Shown: in pieces, positions 12,928-26,334 of the stretch
Layout: each line of letters opens with the position of its first letter
How positions within the stretch are numbered: the first letter of the stretch is position 1
Source of the DNA: Octopus sinensis
Lineage: Eukaryota
DNA: 64,000 nucleotides
Reading direction: 5' to 3'
Assembly: GCF_006345805.1 (NCBI RefSeq)
Contig: NC_042997.1
Span: 24,056,001 to 24,120,000, forward strand
Translations under genes and position numbers: made by a program
Notes under the pieces: model-generated
Told to the model about the DNA's origin: nothing
Database searches by the model: none
Seen by the model: the letters and a program-made list of their open reading frames with translations, nothing else

Positions 12928-13905
12928 GGTATGTTCATACTTTTCCAAACGTCAACAATCGAAAGAACTTCGTACACAGAGATCGACGGAAGTTAAATTC
13001 GCAGTCTGCTACTACTACTGTTGCTGCTACTACTACTACTACTACTACTACTACTGCTGCTACTACCACTACTACTACTACTACTACTACTAGAATAGAT
13101 CAAATAGGTAGGCATTCGATATGCGGAAAATAGCAGTGGAATCTACTTCATATCGTTTTAAAAATACATGAAATAGTAACTATTCCTATAAAGTTAAAAG
13201 CTGGACACAGATGGAATGACCGTGGCTAAACAAAGTAGTAGTAGTAGTAGTAGTAACAGCAGCAGCATCACCATAGCAACCATCACCACTGTTTTCGAAC
13301 TACAATGCACACATACTCACAAACACGTATGTATGTAAGTATGTATATATGTACGTATGTATGTATGTATGTGTTTATGTATGTATGTATGTATGTATGT
13401 ATGTATGTATGTATGTATGTATGTATGTACGTACGTACCGGAGATGACCACTCTTTTCAGATGTTGGCTTCGACACAATATAGAATGGCTAAAACCGATT
13501 AGTGTTCATCTATCATCCAGTGATGGAAGGGGAGGAGGCGACACGGTTACGATGGAGAAGTGATAAATAGTGAAGAAGACGAAGAAAAAGTAACAAATTG
13601 CAGAGAGAAAAAGAAGGAGACATGCGAGATGGGAAGGTTTAGCAGGGAAAGGAAAGCAGAAAGGAAAACCAGGGAGAAATGATCGATAGATTCCATTCAA
13701 AGACAGAGATAAATAGATGAAGTCGGGATGTTGGGTATGATGAATAGATAGATATAGATATAGATATAAATATGTATGAAGATATATAGAAAGATAAACA
13801 TGAATATATAGATTAATAAACAGATCGATAGATAAATATTGTGCATGTATATATGTGGATATCGTATTTCACATATATTTATATATGTTTGTATACGTGT
13901 ATGTT

Positions 13906-13955
<50 letters not shown>

Positions 13956-14547
13956 GTATATGTGTGTGTTACATATACATTTATATACGTGCGTATGCAT
14001 GCTCACACATAGACACACATACATGCACACACACTTAGATAGATAGATAAATAGTCAAATAGATGAGTAGATAACTAGCAAGATAGACATATAATTAGAT
14101 ATAAATATAGAAATATATACGTAGAGCTCGAGATACAGTTACTGATATGTGTTTGCATGTTTTACCATTTCATTTTGCTTTTAATCACTTTTTTTCCCCC
14201 CGAACTTAGATTTTAATTTGTAATTCATACATTTTGCATAATGTTCAGTCTGAATTATACATCAAATCAAGATGGGATATCTTGCTATGTTAGATATTAG
14301 TGAAAATTTGCATAAGTGCGTGTGTTAGCTTTGTATGAACCATCTGATGAAACGACACGAGGAAAGGGGTTGATGCAGAATATACGACAGTAAAAGTGAA
14401 TGGTAGCGAACCTCTCCAAATTCCCAACGGGTAATTGATCTATAATTCAGTTCTCACCCTTGGATTAGCTGGTGTTCCCTCCTACAAAGACTTATTTAGA
14501 AATATATTTCATCTTATATCACCTATACAATAATTATAACTCATGAC

Positions 14548-14714
14548 CTAGCAGAGGTACCCGGCGTTACTCGATTACAACACATGTAGAAACATTTTAT
14601 CTTGAGCATAAATGACTTAACTTGCAACAAGTCTTTTGTTTCTTATGAAACCCTTTTTGTATGTAATTATATTTGCATCTAGTTTCTAGTATAATGCTGC
14701 TGTATATGTAAAGA
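14548..14714 (-). mobile_element. Short degenerate non-autonomous Helitron
   Basis: Minus-strand 3' end CGAGTAACGCCGGGTACCTCTGCTAG; candidate 5' end TCTTTACATATA. Confidence 0.5.
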
Positions 14715-14780
14715 GGTTTTCTTGGCTTCTATGATGTATGATGTATATGACACAATGTCCTTTCACATAATGAATGTCCT

Positions 14781-14812
<32 letters not shown>

Positions 14813-15784
14813 CATACATACATACATACATAAAAACTTACACAATAAGAATCTGTTTAATTTAAGGAAACTTTTGCCAAAATTCGATAGAGTAAAAGCG
14901 AAATATTATTTCTCATGGCTCATATGTCATCATTGTTTTATCTGGAACGAAGAGCAATCTATTGTGATTAATACAGTTTCAGTTTTTGTATGCCATAGCA
15001 TTTAACCTAAAGAATCGCCCGACTGGGAACTCAGCTGCCATCTTTGCCACCCATGCGCTAAACATTATTTTCACTTAAGATCAGTTGCTGGTTGTTCATA
15101 GTAGAGATAAAATCTAGTTATGTGTTGTTTGTGTTTTACTTTTATTTTTCACTCTTGTGCTTGCGCTTCATACAGTATTTCATCTGCCATGCTGTTCTGA
15201 TAATTTTCCCAAAAGGACTGGCTTACCCCCTCTGCGGATATCAAAATTGTCAAGTAACTAATTTTTAAGCGCTAGGTTTGTCGAGGGGGCTGCTGTGGAA
15301 TTCGCTGGCTACTTGCCTAAAATCTACTAATCAGCTTGGTTAAGGTTATATGTATTGTTAATGGATAAAATCTCTTAAGCAGGATATTTTCTTTATGACA
15401 GTTTCCGCGATACAATGTTGGGAGAGACTCTTTTATAAATGTAATCGTTAATAAAAATGTGCAGCTTGAGAATAGTGCAACCGTTATATTTATTACAAAT
15501 TATATGGTACATCAAGAAGGACAGTTAACATATATCCAGCTTACTGCTAGACTAGTTGGCTAACGAACAAACATAGATGCTGTGTACAGAGGATTATATT
15601 TTCAAGGAAGACCCATCTTCATATATAAACGCCTGGCGCGTTGCTATAGTTGTCTTATCGTTAAAGTGCTGTTGTAATTGCTAGCCTTTTTTTAGGGTTA
15701 CATTATTATCATTATGGTTTACATATTATTATGGTTTACATATCATTATGGTTTACATATTATCCTTATGGTTTACATATTAAC

Positions 15785-15826
15785 GGCGGTGCATCAGCAT
15801 GGCCGCAGCTCTGAGCTGAAACTAGA
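15785..15826 (+). mobile_element. Stand-alone ~45-bp retroposon tail module
   Basis: GGCGGTGCATCAGCATGGCCGCAGCTCTGAGCTGAAACTAG. Same module at 44951-45005 (-) and 52565-52623 (+). Confidence 0.75.
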
Positions 15827-16434
15827 AAAAAAATGTATGTGTGTAAGTGTTTGTGTGTGTATGTGTGGAATATATGATATATTACTTCAAGTATCACCCT
15901 ATTCATTTATCTAACTATCCATCCATACATATATACGTACATACATACATACATAAATACATATATGCATACGTACATACATGCAAACTTACACTCTTCC
16001 TCCTTGACTCTTTCGTCGCTGATACGTGACGAAAGGAAATCTATCTTTCTGCCCATTTCCTTCCTAAAGACAATACGTGCTTATACCTGTCTTTTCTCAT
16101 AAGCTCGTCTTCCTAGCGTTCATAAAAAATGTTCTGCCATCTTGGCTTAACAGCCCTCACCGTTTGTTTTCATTGTCTTGTTCTCACTGTCCTGTTCTTG
16201 TTACCACTTTCACCCTCAGAAAAAAATCCCAAATTTTATTTAATTTCCTTTGCGGGAAGGACTGTTTCAACAGAGTCGCGTATTTTTTATGTCCTGTACC
16301 CATATATGCATGTATATATACATATGTAGGTATGTACATATATGTATGTATATATGCATATATGTATGTGTATATGCATATATTTATATATTATTTATAT
16401 TACATATATATATATCGAACACACATTTACATGG

Positions 16435-16930
16435 TATGTGGTTTGCTAATTCTTGGGTAGACTGCTCTTATAGGTGCATCAGAATATATTCTCACTAATT
16501 CGCCTGTTGTTAAAACACCTAGATGTCATAGACAGGCAAGGTAATCGCACTAGGTCCCATTCAGGAGGGATGGACATCTATGTTTCGTTATTGTTGTGAC
16601 TTGTCAACATCGAGTACCTGAACGAGGCCCGAGTCAAGCCAAATCACTATCTATAACTCTATGCAAAATAGTGTAAGAACACCAGCAGATGGTCCTTACA
16701 CTAATTTACATATAGTCATGGACAGCGATTTAGCTAACATCGGGCCTTGTTCAGGTACGCGGCATTGACGAGTCACAAAACTGACGAAACATCGATCCAT
16801 GTCGCTCTTGAGTAGGTCTCGGTGTGAATTATCTCACTTGCCTATGAATTCAAAGTGTTTTAGCAGCAGGCGCATTAATAAGTATATATTCTCTGACGCC
16901 TATAAGCGCAGCCTACTAGCAAAACACATA
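16435..16930. mobile_element. Fold-back MITE, ~240-bp imperfect arms, TA flanks
   Basis: Arm pairs such as GTACCTGAACGAGGCCCG / CGGGCCTTGTTCAGGTAC, TTGTGACTTGTCAA / TTGACGAGTCACAA and AGTGTAAGAACACC / GGTCCTTACACT. Confidence 0.8.
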
Positions 16931-17122
16931 TCTTTTGTGTGTGGTTGATATCGTTCATATCTCTCGAGTTGCTTCTCATTCATATTTGAATTTGGATGTA
17001 TGCATGTCTTCATGTATGTATATATATATATTATATATATATATATATATATTTATATAATATATGCATCTATTCACACACATACACACACATTCATATA
17101 TATATATATATATATATATATA

Positions 17123-17690
17123 CTAGATGAGTAATCCATTGTTTCTGGGCGTTCATCACAATAGAATACCATTATTTCAATTTTTTTATTCCATGTCAGA
17201 CGATGTATTCCCCGACGGACAGGCCTCTTGGTCAGGATGGATTTTTGCATTATTTGGGGCAATTCACGACTCGATAAACGAACTTTTTATTTCATTTTTC
17301 CTTTTTGTTGCATACATTTTTATCAATTCCTACACTTGAACATCCAAAAGTAAAGCTAACCGTGGGTGAAGCTGGGCTCTCTTCAATGTGTAAACCCGTC
17401 TGTCGAGAATGCTTACCCTTGTGGTTTTTTGATGGCCATGGCAAAACTAAGACTCGCTGGAAATAGAAGTCGTTTGAACTGGAATGGCACATCGCCTTTT
17501 GAGTTTGTGTGACGGAGGTTCATGTGAGCTTATCATCTAATGGATGTATTCTATGCTCGGGTGTCTTCTGCTGAGACCGTGCGACGGAGGCTCGTGTTTG
17601 CATATCATCACGTTCGAAAGTCCCCTGTGCTCGCTGTTGGAGTTTTGTGAGGTTCTTTCGGATCTCTCACCTTAATGAAATTCCTTACAC
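17123..17690 (-). pseudogene. Helitron RepHel helicase (PIF1-like) C-terminal relic with CTAG 3' end
   Basis: Minus strand 17500-17330 reads DVPFQFKRLLFPASLSFAMAIKKPQG*...EPSFTHG*LY, matching the [25 protein letters not shown]...FTHGQLYV motifs. CTAG|T at 17123-17126. Confidence 0.8.
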
Positions 17691-17941
17691 ACATACATAC
17701 AGACACACACACACACACACACTGACACTTACGCGTACACACACAAACACACACACATACATACAAACATACAGGCAATCTACGTGAGAGTAATACATAT
17801 ACAGAGGAAGACTGAGAGAGAGTGTGGTAAATATATATAGAGAGGAGGCAGTTTACAATGAGAAGAGCAAAAAAGACAGAATAAAACAGATAGAGACAGG
17901 TATATAGCCAGATGTGTGGCTGCCTTGCATTACATGTCGTA

Positions 17942-17984
<43 letters not shown>

Positions 17985-18261
17985 GAGTAGGGAGAGAGAG
18001 AGAGAGTAGGGAGAGAGAGAGAGGATTAACAACATGCGTGAGAGACATGCAGAGGGTGTGAATGAGTGTGTGATAGATGTACTGAGAGAGGTGCAGAAAG
18101 CCTAAAAAGACAGAGACAGATAGCTGGATAGCTAAATTATATATTTCCAGAAGCATTCTCTTCAGGACTCAGATTTCGAGATTCACATCCATTTTTCTCT
18201 AAACCGCACCGTTTTGGAGCCTTTCGGTGACATACACATATACATACACACATATACATAT

Positions 18262-18385
18262 ACTGGCCTGCTCGCTTAGCCAGCGGGTGGCGTCATTTGA
18301 AGGCTAAAACAATGCGGAGCGCATTGTGACCAGCGATGTGTAACAACACCTGATGGCCTGGTCGGTCACGGTGATCACGGTGATA
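18262..18385. mobile_element. ~125-bp dispersed repeat (family D) in TA-rich microsatellite
   Basis: Reverse complement of 56033-56148; degenerate copy at ~42030-42143. Confidence 0.75.
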
Positions 18386-18504
18386 TACATATACACATAT
18401 ACTGTCATTTATATCATAGAAGATACAAAGAGAGAGACGGACAGGCAGACAGATAGACAAACAGACAGGCAGACAGATAGTATGTTAGATTCTGATATTG
18501 CCTC

Positions 18505-18715
18505 GCAGGGCGGCGAGCTGGCTGAGTCAGTAAGGAGTCGAAATAAAAATACATTGCCTATGTGTTCCGGTCCTTTACTTTCTGATTTCAAATTCTACCG
18601 AATTCAGCTACTCATTTCATACTTTCGGGTTCGATGACTTAATGTACCCCTCAAGTACTAAGGGTCGTTGGCATCAATTAAAATTTCCTCTTTAGAATTT
18701 CTGACCTTGTACTTA
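18505..18715 (+). mobile_element. SINE family A, diverged copy
   Basis: Head GGGCGGCGAGCTGGCTGAGTC followed by a degenerate body and tail2. Confidence 0.6.
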
Positions 18716-18950
18716 ATTTACAAATCTTCGAATGATTTTTTTTTGTTTCTATTGCATTACTAAATTTTGGTAATGGTAACTATATTTATTTATGAGTTAA
18801 ATTTGCATGGCTTTAATATTTTGTATTTTTTGTTTTGTATTTTTGGGGTAAATAATAAATGAGATTATTCTCAATTTTGATGCTTTGCCCGTTTTCATAA
18901 ATGAATTCTGTTTGGTTACTCTGGCATTGGCGTTATTATTCTATAAGTAG

Positions 18951-19378
18951 GCGGCGCGCTAGCAGAGACGTTAGCACGCCGAGAGAAATGCTTAGCTGTA
19001 TTTCGTCTGCCGTTACGTTCTGAGTTCAAATTCGCCGAGTTCGACTTTGCCTTTCATCATTTCGGGGTCTATTAAATAAGTACCTGTTACGCACTGGGGT
19101 CGACTATATCGACTTAATCCGTTTGTCTAGCCTTATTTGTCCCCTCTATGGTTAGCCCTTTGTGGGCAATAAAGAAATAAGAAACATTAGCCCTCCGGAC
19201 GAAATTTTTAGTGGTATTTCGTCCGTCTTTACGTTCTAAGTTCAAATTCCGCTGAGGACGACTTTGCCTTTCATCATCTCGGGGGTCGATCAATTAAGTA
19301 CCAGTTGCGTACTGCAGTCGGTCTAATCGACGGCCCCTCCCCCAGAAATTTCGGACCTTGTGCATTGAGTAGAAAAGT
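18951..19378 (+). mobile_element. SINE family A dimer
   Basis: Head, body, tail1, partial head, body, tail2. Confidence 0.85.
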
Positions 19379-19893
19379 TAACTATTCTATAGGTATGTGG
19401 TGCTGTGAATTTACGCCTCTGTTTAGTGTAATAACTGTTTAAATCTGTCGTGATATGAAATTATGTTTCCCTTGTATGGTAATGTTACGACAAAAGATGA
19501 ACTTGTAAAAGAATTTCTCTCGCTAACATCTGGGTGAAAACCGTTTTGACAGGGTCTGAGCTATTGAATACATTGCCTAATACTAATACTAATAACTGAG
19601 GCTCTTGTTTTTATTATCAATCAGTCCTATGTTAATCCTGATCGAAGAGTTATGTTAAAGGATCTACTAGCAGTGACCATCCTGTTTTTTTTCTTCTTTT
19701 TGTTCGGACAATGTGTATATAGGACAATATTCCCCTAATACCCCTTTACGTCCAACGACGTGGCTGGTTACCATTTCTAGCAGAACGAATGACCACGTAA
19801 ATACTTTCGTAATGGTATTAGTACATTTGGTAAGAATATATAGTCTTTTGTGCGTCTTTATTTATTTATTTATTTTTACATTTGCAATACATA

Positions 19894-20387
19894 GGGGCAA
19901 GCGTTGCTGTATGACAAGAAGTTAGCTTCTTAGTCACAGCTTGGTACCTTGGGCAAGTTTCTTCTACCATAGACTCGGGCCGACCAAAGCATTGTGAGTG
20001 GATTTGGTAGACGGAAACTGAAGGAAGCCTGTCGTAAATATGTGTGTATGTTTGTGTGTGTGTGCGTGTGTGTGTGTGAGTGCCTTTGTATAAGTGTTTA
20101 CCCCCCCCCCCCAACAACCAATTGACAACCGATGTTTGTATATTTACTTCCTGTAATATAAAGGTTCGGCAAAAGTAATCGATAGCGCAGATGTGGTTGT
20201 GTGGTAAGTAGCTTGCTAACCCGCCACATGGTTCCAGGTTCATTCCCACTGCGTGGTACCTTGGGCAAGCGTCTTCTACTATAGCCTCGGGCCGACCAAA
20301 TCCTTGTGAGTGGATTTGGTAGACGGAAATGAAAGAAGCCCGTCGTACATATATATATATAATAATATATATATATACATATATATA

Positions 20388-20425
<38 letters not shown>

Positions 20426-20665
20426 ATATATATATATATATATATTTGGGTGTGTTTGTGCGTCTGTGTTTGTTCCCCACCACAACATCGCTTGATAACC
20501 GATGCTGATGTGTTTACGTCCCCGTAACCTAGCGGTTCGGCAAAAGAGACCGATAGAATAAGTACTAGACTTATAAAGAATAAGTCCTGAGGTCGATTTC
20601 CTCGTCTAAAAGGCGGTGCTTCAGCATGGCCGCATTCAAATGACTGAAACAAGTAAAAGAGATGG
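19894..20665 (+). mobile_element. Two adjacent SINE family B copies (tRNA-like head, CORE-like segment, internal microsatellite, tail)
   Basis: GGTACCTTGGGCAAG...CTACTATAGCCTCGGGCCGACCAAA...GGATTTGGTAGACGGAAA occurs twice. Tail ends AGGCGGTGCTTCAGCATGGCCGCATTCAAATGACTG. Confidence 0.85.
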
Positions 20666-21094
20666 AATAAGTACCAGGCATTAAAAAATTACTTGGATCG
20701 ATTCTTTCGGTTAAGATACTTCAAGGTGATGATCCAGCATGACCGCAGTCTAATGAATGGATCAAGTAAAACATAAAAGGAGAAAAAAAGTAGATCTTAC
20801 GATTTGTCTTGTGATTCTATAAACCAAATCAGTCATCGTGAACCTTGATAAATATTTAAAAGAAAAAGCATTCGACATTTCTTCAAAATTTCTGGGTTTT
20901 TTTGCATGAATGGTCTTCAAAAAACTTATTTTCTCTCCTGCTGACGATTAATGACGGTCGACGAAGATGATCTGCACAAACGAGCGGGGTTACGGTGCGG
21001 TTTATTTACTGAAAGATAACTTTATTTCTACTACTGTTGTTGTTGTTGTTGTGGCAGCTGCTGCTACTGTTACTACTGTTTCTGCTGCTGCTGC

Positions 21095-21135
21095 TGATGA
21101 AGATGATGATGAGGAGGAGGAGATGATGATGATGG

Positions 21136-21183
<48 letters not shown>

Positions 21184-21785
21184 CAAGTACGACGACGATG
21201 ACGATAATGATGATGATTGTGATGAAGATGATGGTGGTTATAATGATAGTGATGATGATGATGATGACAAGTACGATGACGATGACGATGATGATGATGA
21301 TTGTGATGATGGTGGTTATAATGATGGTGATGTTGATGATGATGATGATGATGACAAGTACGACGCCGATGACGATGATGATGATGATTGTGATGATGAT
21401 GATGGTGGTTATAATGATGGTGATGTTGATGATGATGATGATGATGACATGTACGACGCCGATGACGATGATGATGATGATGGTGGTTATAATGATGGTG
21501 ATGATGATGATGATTATAATGACAAAGATGGCGATGATGATGATGAAGATGATGATGGCGATAATGATGTTGATAATGACAAGTACGACGACGATGACGA
21601 CGATGACGAAGATGATGATGACGATGATGATGATGATGATGATTATAATGATAATGATGGCGATGATGATGATGATGATGATGATGATAACGCCAAAGAT
21701 GATTATGATAATGATGTTGATGATGACAGTTGTTGTTGTTGTTGTGGTGGTGGTGGTGGTGGTGGTGGTGGTGAAGATCACGATG
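21095..21785 (+). repeat. Degenerate (GAT)n array with higher-order repeats
   Basis: Recurring GATGACAAGTACGAC...GATTGTGATGA...GGTGGTTATAATGAT unit, ~4-5 copies. Confidence 0.9.
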
Positions 21786-22317
21786 CTAGGGAATAAGAGG
21801 AATCAGAGGTGGCGACGAACGTTAACGCGATGACAATAGCACGCAGTTTTGGAGGCGCGCCTTCAAAGCAACAACAAAAACAACAACAACAGTAACAACG
21901 ACGACGACGACAACGCCAGGCATGGATAGCAATAACAAACGAAGATATGAGCTAACACAAACGATCGTAAAACAGAAAATAAACAATAAAACAACAGCAA
22001 CAAGAACACAATAAATTGAACAACAAAAAGAAGAATTGATACACAAATGCATTAACTATGTACAGGCTGCAGGTGCATTTACCACGGCGTTTGCCTACAC
22101 GTGCATCCAGACAAATGAGGGGTTTATAGTGAGAGTGACATAGAATGTTCGGTGTGCCGCTGTACGAATAAAATGCCTGGGGCTAAAAATAAGACCTAAT
22201 TTATAATTCCCTCTCTTGAACGCGGCTGTTTAAATTCGCTGCAAACAACGTTATCTTCAGTGATATATATATGTATATGAGTGAATGTTATATGTGTGAA
22301 TACGTATACATGAATGC

Positions 22318-22358
<41 letters not shown>

Positions 22359-22361
22359 CAT

Positions 22362-22393
<32 letters not shown>

Positions 22394-22596
22394 ATATATA
22401 TATATAATATATATATATATACATGCGTGTGTGTGTGTGTGTGTGTTTATACATATATACACATACACATACACTTACACACGCGTATATACTTGTATGT
22501 ATATGTGTGTGTGCGTGTGCGTACGTGTATGTGTGCGTGCGTTGGTGTAACATCAACAACAATTGAAAATCAGAATTAAGGTTCAGCGTTCTTCAA

Positions 22597-22656
<60 letters not shown>

Positions 22657-22673
22657 GCAACAACAACAACAAC

Positions 22674-22726
<53 letters not shown>

Positions 22727-22769
22727 TAACAATAATAATAATAATAATAATTCCTTCTACTAAAAGTAC

Positions 22770-22910
22770 AACGCCTAATGAACTATATCGAACCATTGTT
22801 TCCCTGGTACTTAATTTATCGACCCTGAAATGATGAAAGGCAAAGTCGACCCGAGTTGAATTTGAACTCAGAATGTGAAGACAGACGCAATACTCTTAAG
22901 TATTCCTTAG
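22770..22910 (-). mobile_element. SINE family A, partial
   Basis: CTGGTACTTAATTTATCGACCCTGAAATGATGAAAGGCAAAGTCGAC...GAATTTGAACTCAGAATGT. Confidence 0.75.
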
Positions 22911-22926
22911 AGCCACCAACAAGCGC

Positions 22927-23021
22927 AGGGGATATAACTGCGCCACAGCGAACGCGGTTACTCTACTAGTCTAGTTTCGTTTGAAATTACAAGCTTATTA
23001 GTAATGACTACTGACTGGTAG

Positions 23022-23055
<34 letters not shown>

Positions 23056-23182
23056 CATATGAATATATGGCAGATGCAACAAAATGCTATCGGTGGAGTA
23101 GCCACTACAAATAAGCTTGTAGCTTCAAACGACCCTAGACTAGTGTAGTGATCTCGCTCGCTGTGGGGTGATTATTTCCCCT
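22927..23182. mobile_element. MITE with ~78-bp imperfect terminal inverted repeats around (TA)n
   Basis: AGGGGATATAACTGCGCCACAGCG...CTAGTCTAG..TCGTTTGAA..TACAAGCTTATT pairs with AATAAGCTTGTAGCTTCAAACGACCCTAGACTAG...CGCTGTGGGGTGATTATTTCCCCT. Confidence 0.8.
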
Positions 23183-23360
23183 CTCATTATATGAAAATTT
23201 GCTTTCTTATGACACTAAAAGTTTCTTAACTCTTATTTCTAGCAATATAAGCGCTACCCGGCACCCACAGTTACAATTAGCGACAACTGAAGTTTTTCTT
23301 TTTGATTTCATATTGGGTATAGCTGGCTTCGTTATTCTCTATATAGATATGTGTGTGAGC

Positions 23361-23400
<40 letters not shown>

Positions 23401-24109
23401 ATGTGTGTGTGTGTTTGTATTTACATATGCAGTATTTCTTCTATTATTATATTATTCAATTACATACATCTACATACGTTTCTACATACATGCACACACA
23501 TAGACACACACACACATACCCATATATATATATATATATTATATATATATATATATACACATACAAACTTAGATGAACATTACTTTTATGTATATGAAAT
23601 TATACATGTATGTATACAGAGAAACATACCTATTACTGCAATTATTATTTATATAATAGACATTTGTAACATCATCATAATTCGTTTTCATGTTTGATAG
23701 CAATATTAATAGCATTACCTAAATTATAAACATGATTCAGTTAAAAAGAAACTAAGTGAATATTTACAACTACAAAATACAAACACTACATAGAAAATGT
23801 TTGTAAAAAAAAGAAACAACATATTTCTCAGAAACACATATGTTTCAAACAATTATGCATGAAGCAGCAACTGGAGGAACATTGAAGCAGACGCTGCTAA
23901 AACCACAATAGCAGGCAATTCAACCTGCTAGACATATTTGTCTAATTCTCTTCAGACCTCTTCTTATATATTTAAATCAGTATGCGTTAATCTGAGAGGA
24001 AAACATAACTGAATACATTGTAATATGTTGATAGTTACAAACCATTGGAATAGTCACGAATAGAACGACATTGCACGTATATAAAAATGGAAAAAAGTTT
24101 CTTCCGGGA

Positions 24110-24345
24110 TCATAAAGACTCATAGGGCCAGTTATATACGTCATAAAGACTCATAGGACCAGTGTACATGTTCGGGGCACCAGTCCGCTGCAGAAAAACT
24201 CATTTTTACCCGTTTGGTAGACTGGAGCAACGTGATATGAAGTGTTTTGCTAAAAAACACAACGCATCACCCGTTCCAGAAATCGAAGCCACAAACTTAG
24301 AATCATGAGGTCAGCATCCTAACAACTAAGACAAGCCCTCTTTAT
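24110..24345 (-). mobile_element. tRNA-derived SINE family E
   Basis: GACTGGAGCAACGTGATATGAAGTGTTTTGCT...GAAATCGAAGCC. Related copies at 41870-42000 (+) and 58690-59010 (-). Confidence 0.6.
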
Positions 24346-25433
24346 GTTCACCTAATGTATGTTTTATTAAAGTTGACACGTGCATTAACTAAAACCACAG
24401 CATCAAAAAGCATAAAAGCAACATCTATTATATAAAATCCGTTCTATCTGTGTGTGTGTCTTCTAGGATCTCAGGCATCCTCCATCCGATTGCACTCAAA
24501 ATTGATATGTAGATACCTACGGTATCATGTCGTGTATAAGTCTTGAAAAAATTACAAAAATAGATTCCAGGTGAGATAAAGCCGTGGGAACGTGCATTTG
24601 TACGCGTAAGTACATCAGCCGTTGCGATCGATACTACACGTACGCGAGAAAAAGGCATAGGCACGTTTCTTTCCTGCCAAGCTTACAGTTTAAACCTTTT
24701 TTGTGTTTTCCCAGTCAACGGCATTATCATTACTGGTACTTTAAACTTTTCGGTTGCATATTTGTGCAAATAAAATCGTTTTTCATTGGAATAGAAAAAA
24801 GTCTGTCTGTATTTCTGCTTTTGCTGGTGTCTCAAATTTAGGTTAAATCAGTGTTTCTCAAAGGAGAGGCCTATGGGACGGTCGGACAAGTTGTTTTGAG
24901 AAAATTTGGTTTAAATGTTTGACAACTCAGCACCGTCCATAGGACGGTGCTGAGTTGAGCTTGGTCAATATATATATATAACTATATGTGTGTGCCTGCG
25001 TATATGTATGTGTATTCTTTTATATGTTGCAGCCCTAAGGCTGTGGCCATGCTGAACCACTGCCAGTCTGTATATATTTATATTTCGAGATGGTCGTTTT
25101 TTCTTGCTGAATAAACATACACTTTATATATTCGTTCTTCACTTGTTTATTACCGTTCTTATTGTTAGTCCATTGTCTGGAAATCTTTTGTCACACACTC
25201 TGTGGCCTCTTTAGCGATTCTCCATCCCATGTGCATCTTTCTTTCTGTTATGTTTAGTCCAGGCAGCGCACATAAAATAAGAACAGTACTAAACAAGTGA
25301 ATAACAAATATACAGTGCGTGTGTTTATTTATCATGAAAAAACCAGCGTCCCAAAATATAACAATATCTGTTTCAACACACGATTTCACATCAGAATCTT
25401 GTAAAACAAATTCATAAACGTGTGTATATCTAT

Positions 25434-25491
<58 letters not shown>

Positions 25492-25854
25492 CTATATATA
25501 TATATATTATATATATCTATATATATATATAATATATATGTTGTGAGAAAGAAGCAACAAGAATGAATGGCCTATTATGGCCGTTCCTTGATTGTTGATG
25601 TTGAACTTAAAAATGGTCTATGACTATTTAATTTTTCCCACTAGGCCGCTGGTGGCAAAAAAATTCTACAAAATTTTTTGCACCCTATATTGATTAATTA
25701 TGAATTTTCTGGTTAATTCCGTAATGGAATCGACGGCTTATATTTATTTGCTGCCGATAAATTGGCGCGAGTGCGATGATTTGAAAATTTTAGGTCAGAT
25801 ATTGCCTTGGCAGGGTCGGAAATGCCTCGTGAAAATATCTGTTCCGACTTGGCT

Positions 25855-25958
25855 ATTTCTTACTGAAGAATCGAGGGCCTATGGAAGATTGGCTTGATTA
25901 ATTTAATCAGGTAGTTTACCATTAAACAGCAGATGAAACGGTGCATCGTATAAGAAAT
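25855..25958 (+). ncRNA. Type I hammerhead ribozyme, array unit 1
   Basis: Stem I ATTTCTTA (25855-62) / TAAGAAAT (25951-58). Core CTGAAGA 25863-69. Stem II ATC(-)G / CAGAT (25930-34). GAA 25935-37. Stem III ACGGTGCATCGT 25938-49. GUA cleavage after 25950. Confidence 0.85.
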
Positions 25959-26334
25959 TACAGGGTAAATGTTTTTTTAATTTCTCTGGTTTACGGAATT
26001 GATTTTTATTTGCGGTTGAAGCTTTGGCTGTTATTCTAGTGGGTGAATGGCCTATTATGGCCGTTCCTGATTGTTGATGTTGAACTTAAAAATGGTCTAT
26101 GACTATTTAATTTTTCCCACTAGGCCGCTGGTGGCAAAAAAATTCTACAAAATTTTTTGCCACCCTATATTGATTAATTATGAATTTTCTGGTAATTCCG
26201 TTAATGGAATCGACGGCTTATATTTATTTGCTGCCGATAAATTGGCGCGAGTGCGATGATTTGAAAATTTTAGGTCAGATATTGCCTTGGCAGGGTCGGA
26301 AATGCCTCGTGAAAATATCTGTTCCGACTTGGCT

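Noticed and set aside
20967-21833. 288-aa poly-Met ORF and other poly-I/Y/C/V/S ORFs in the track
   Set aside because: Translations of tri- and dinucleotide microsatellites; no coding signal.
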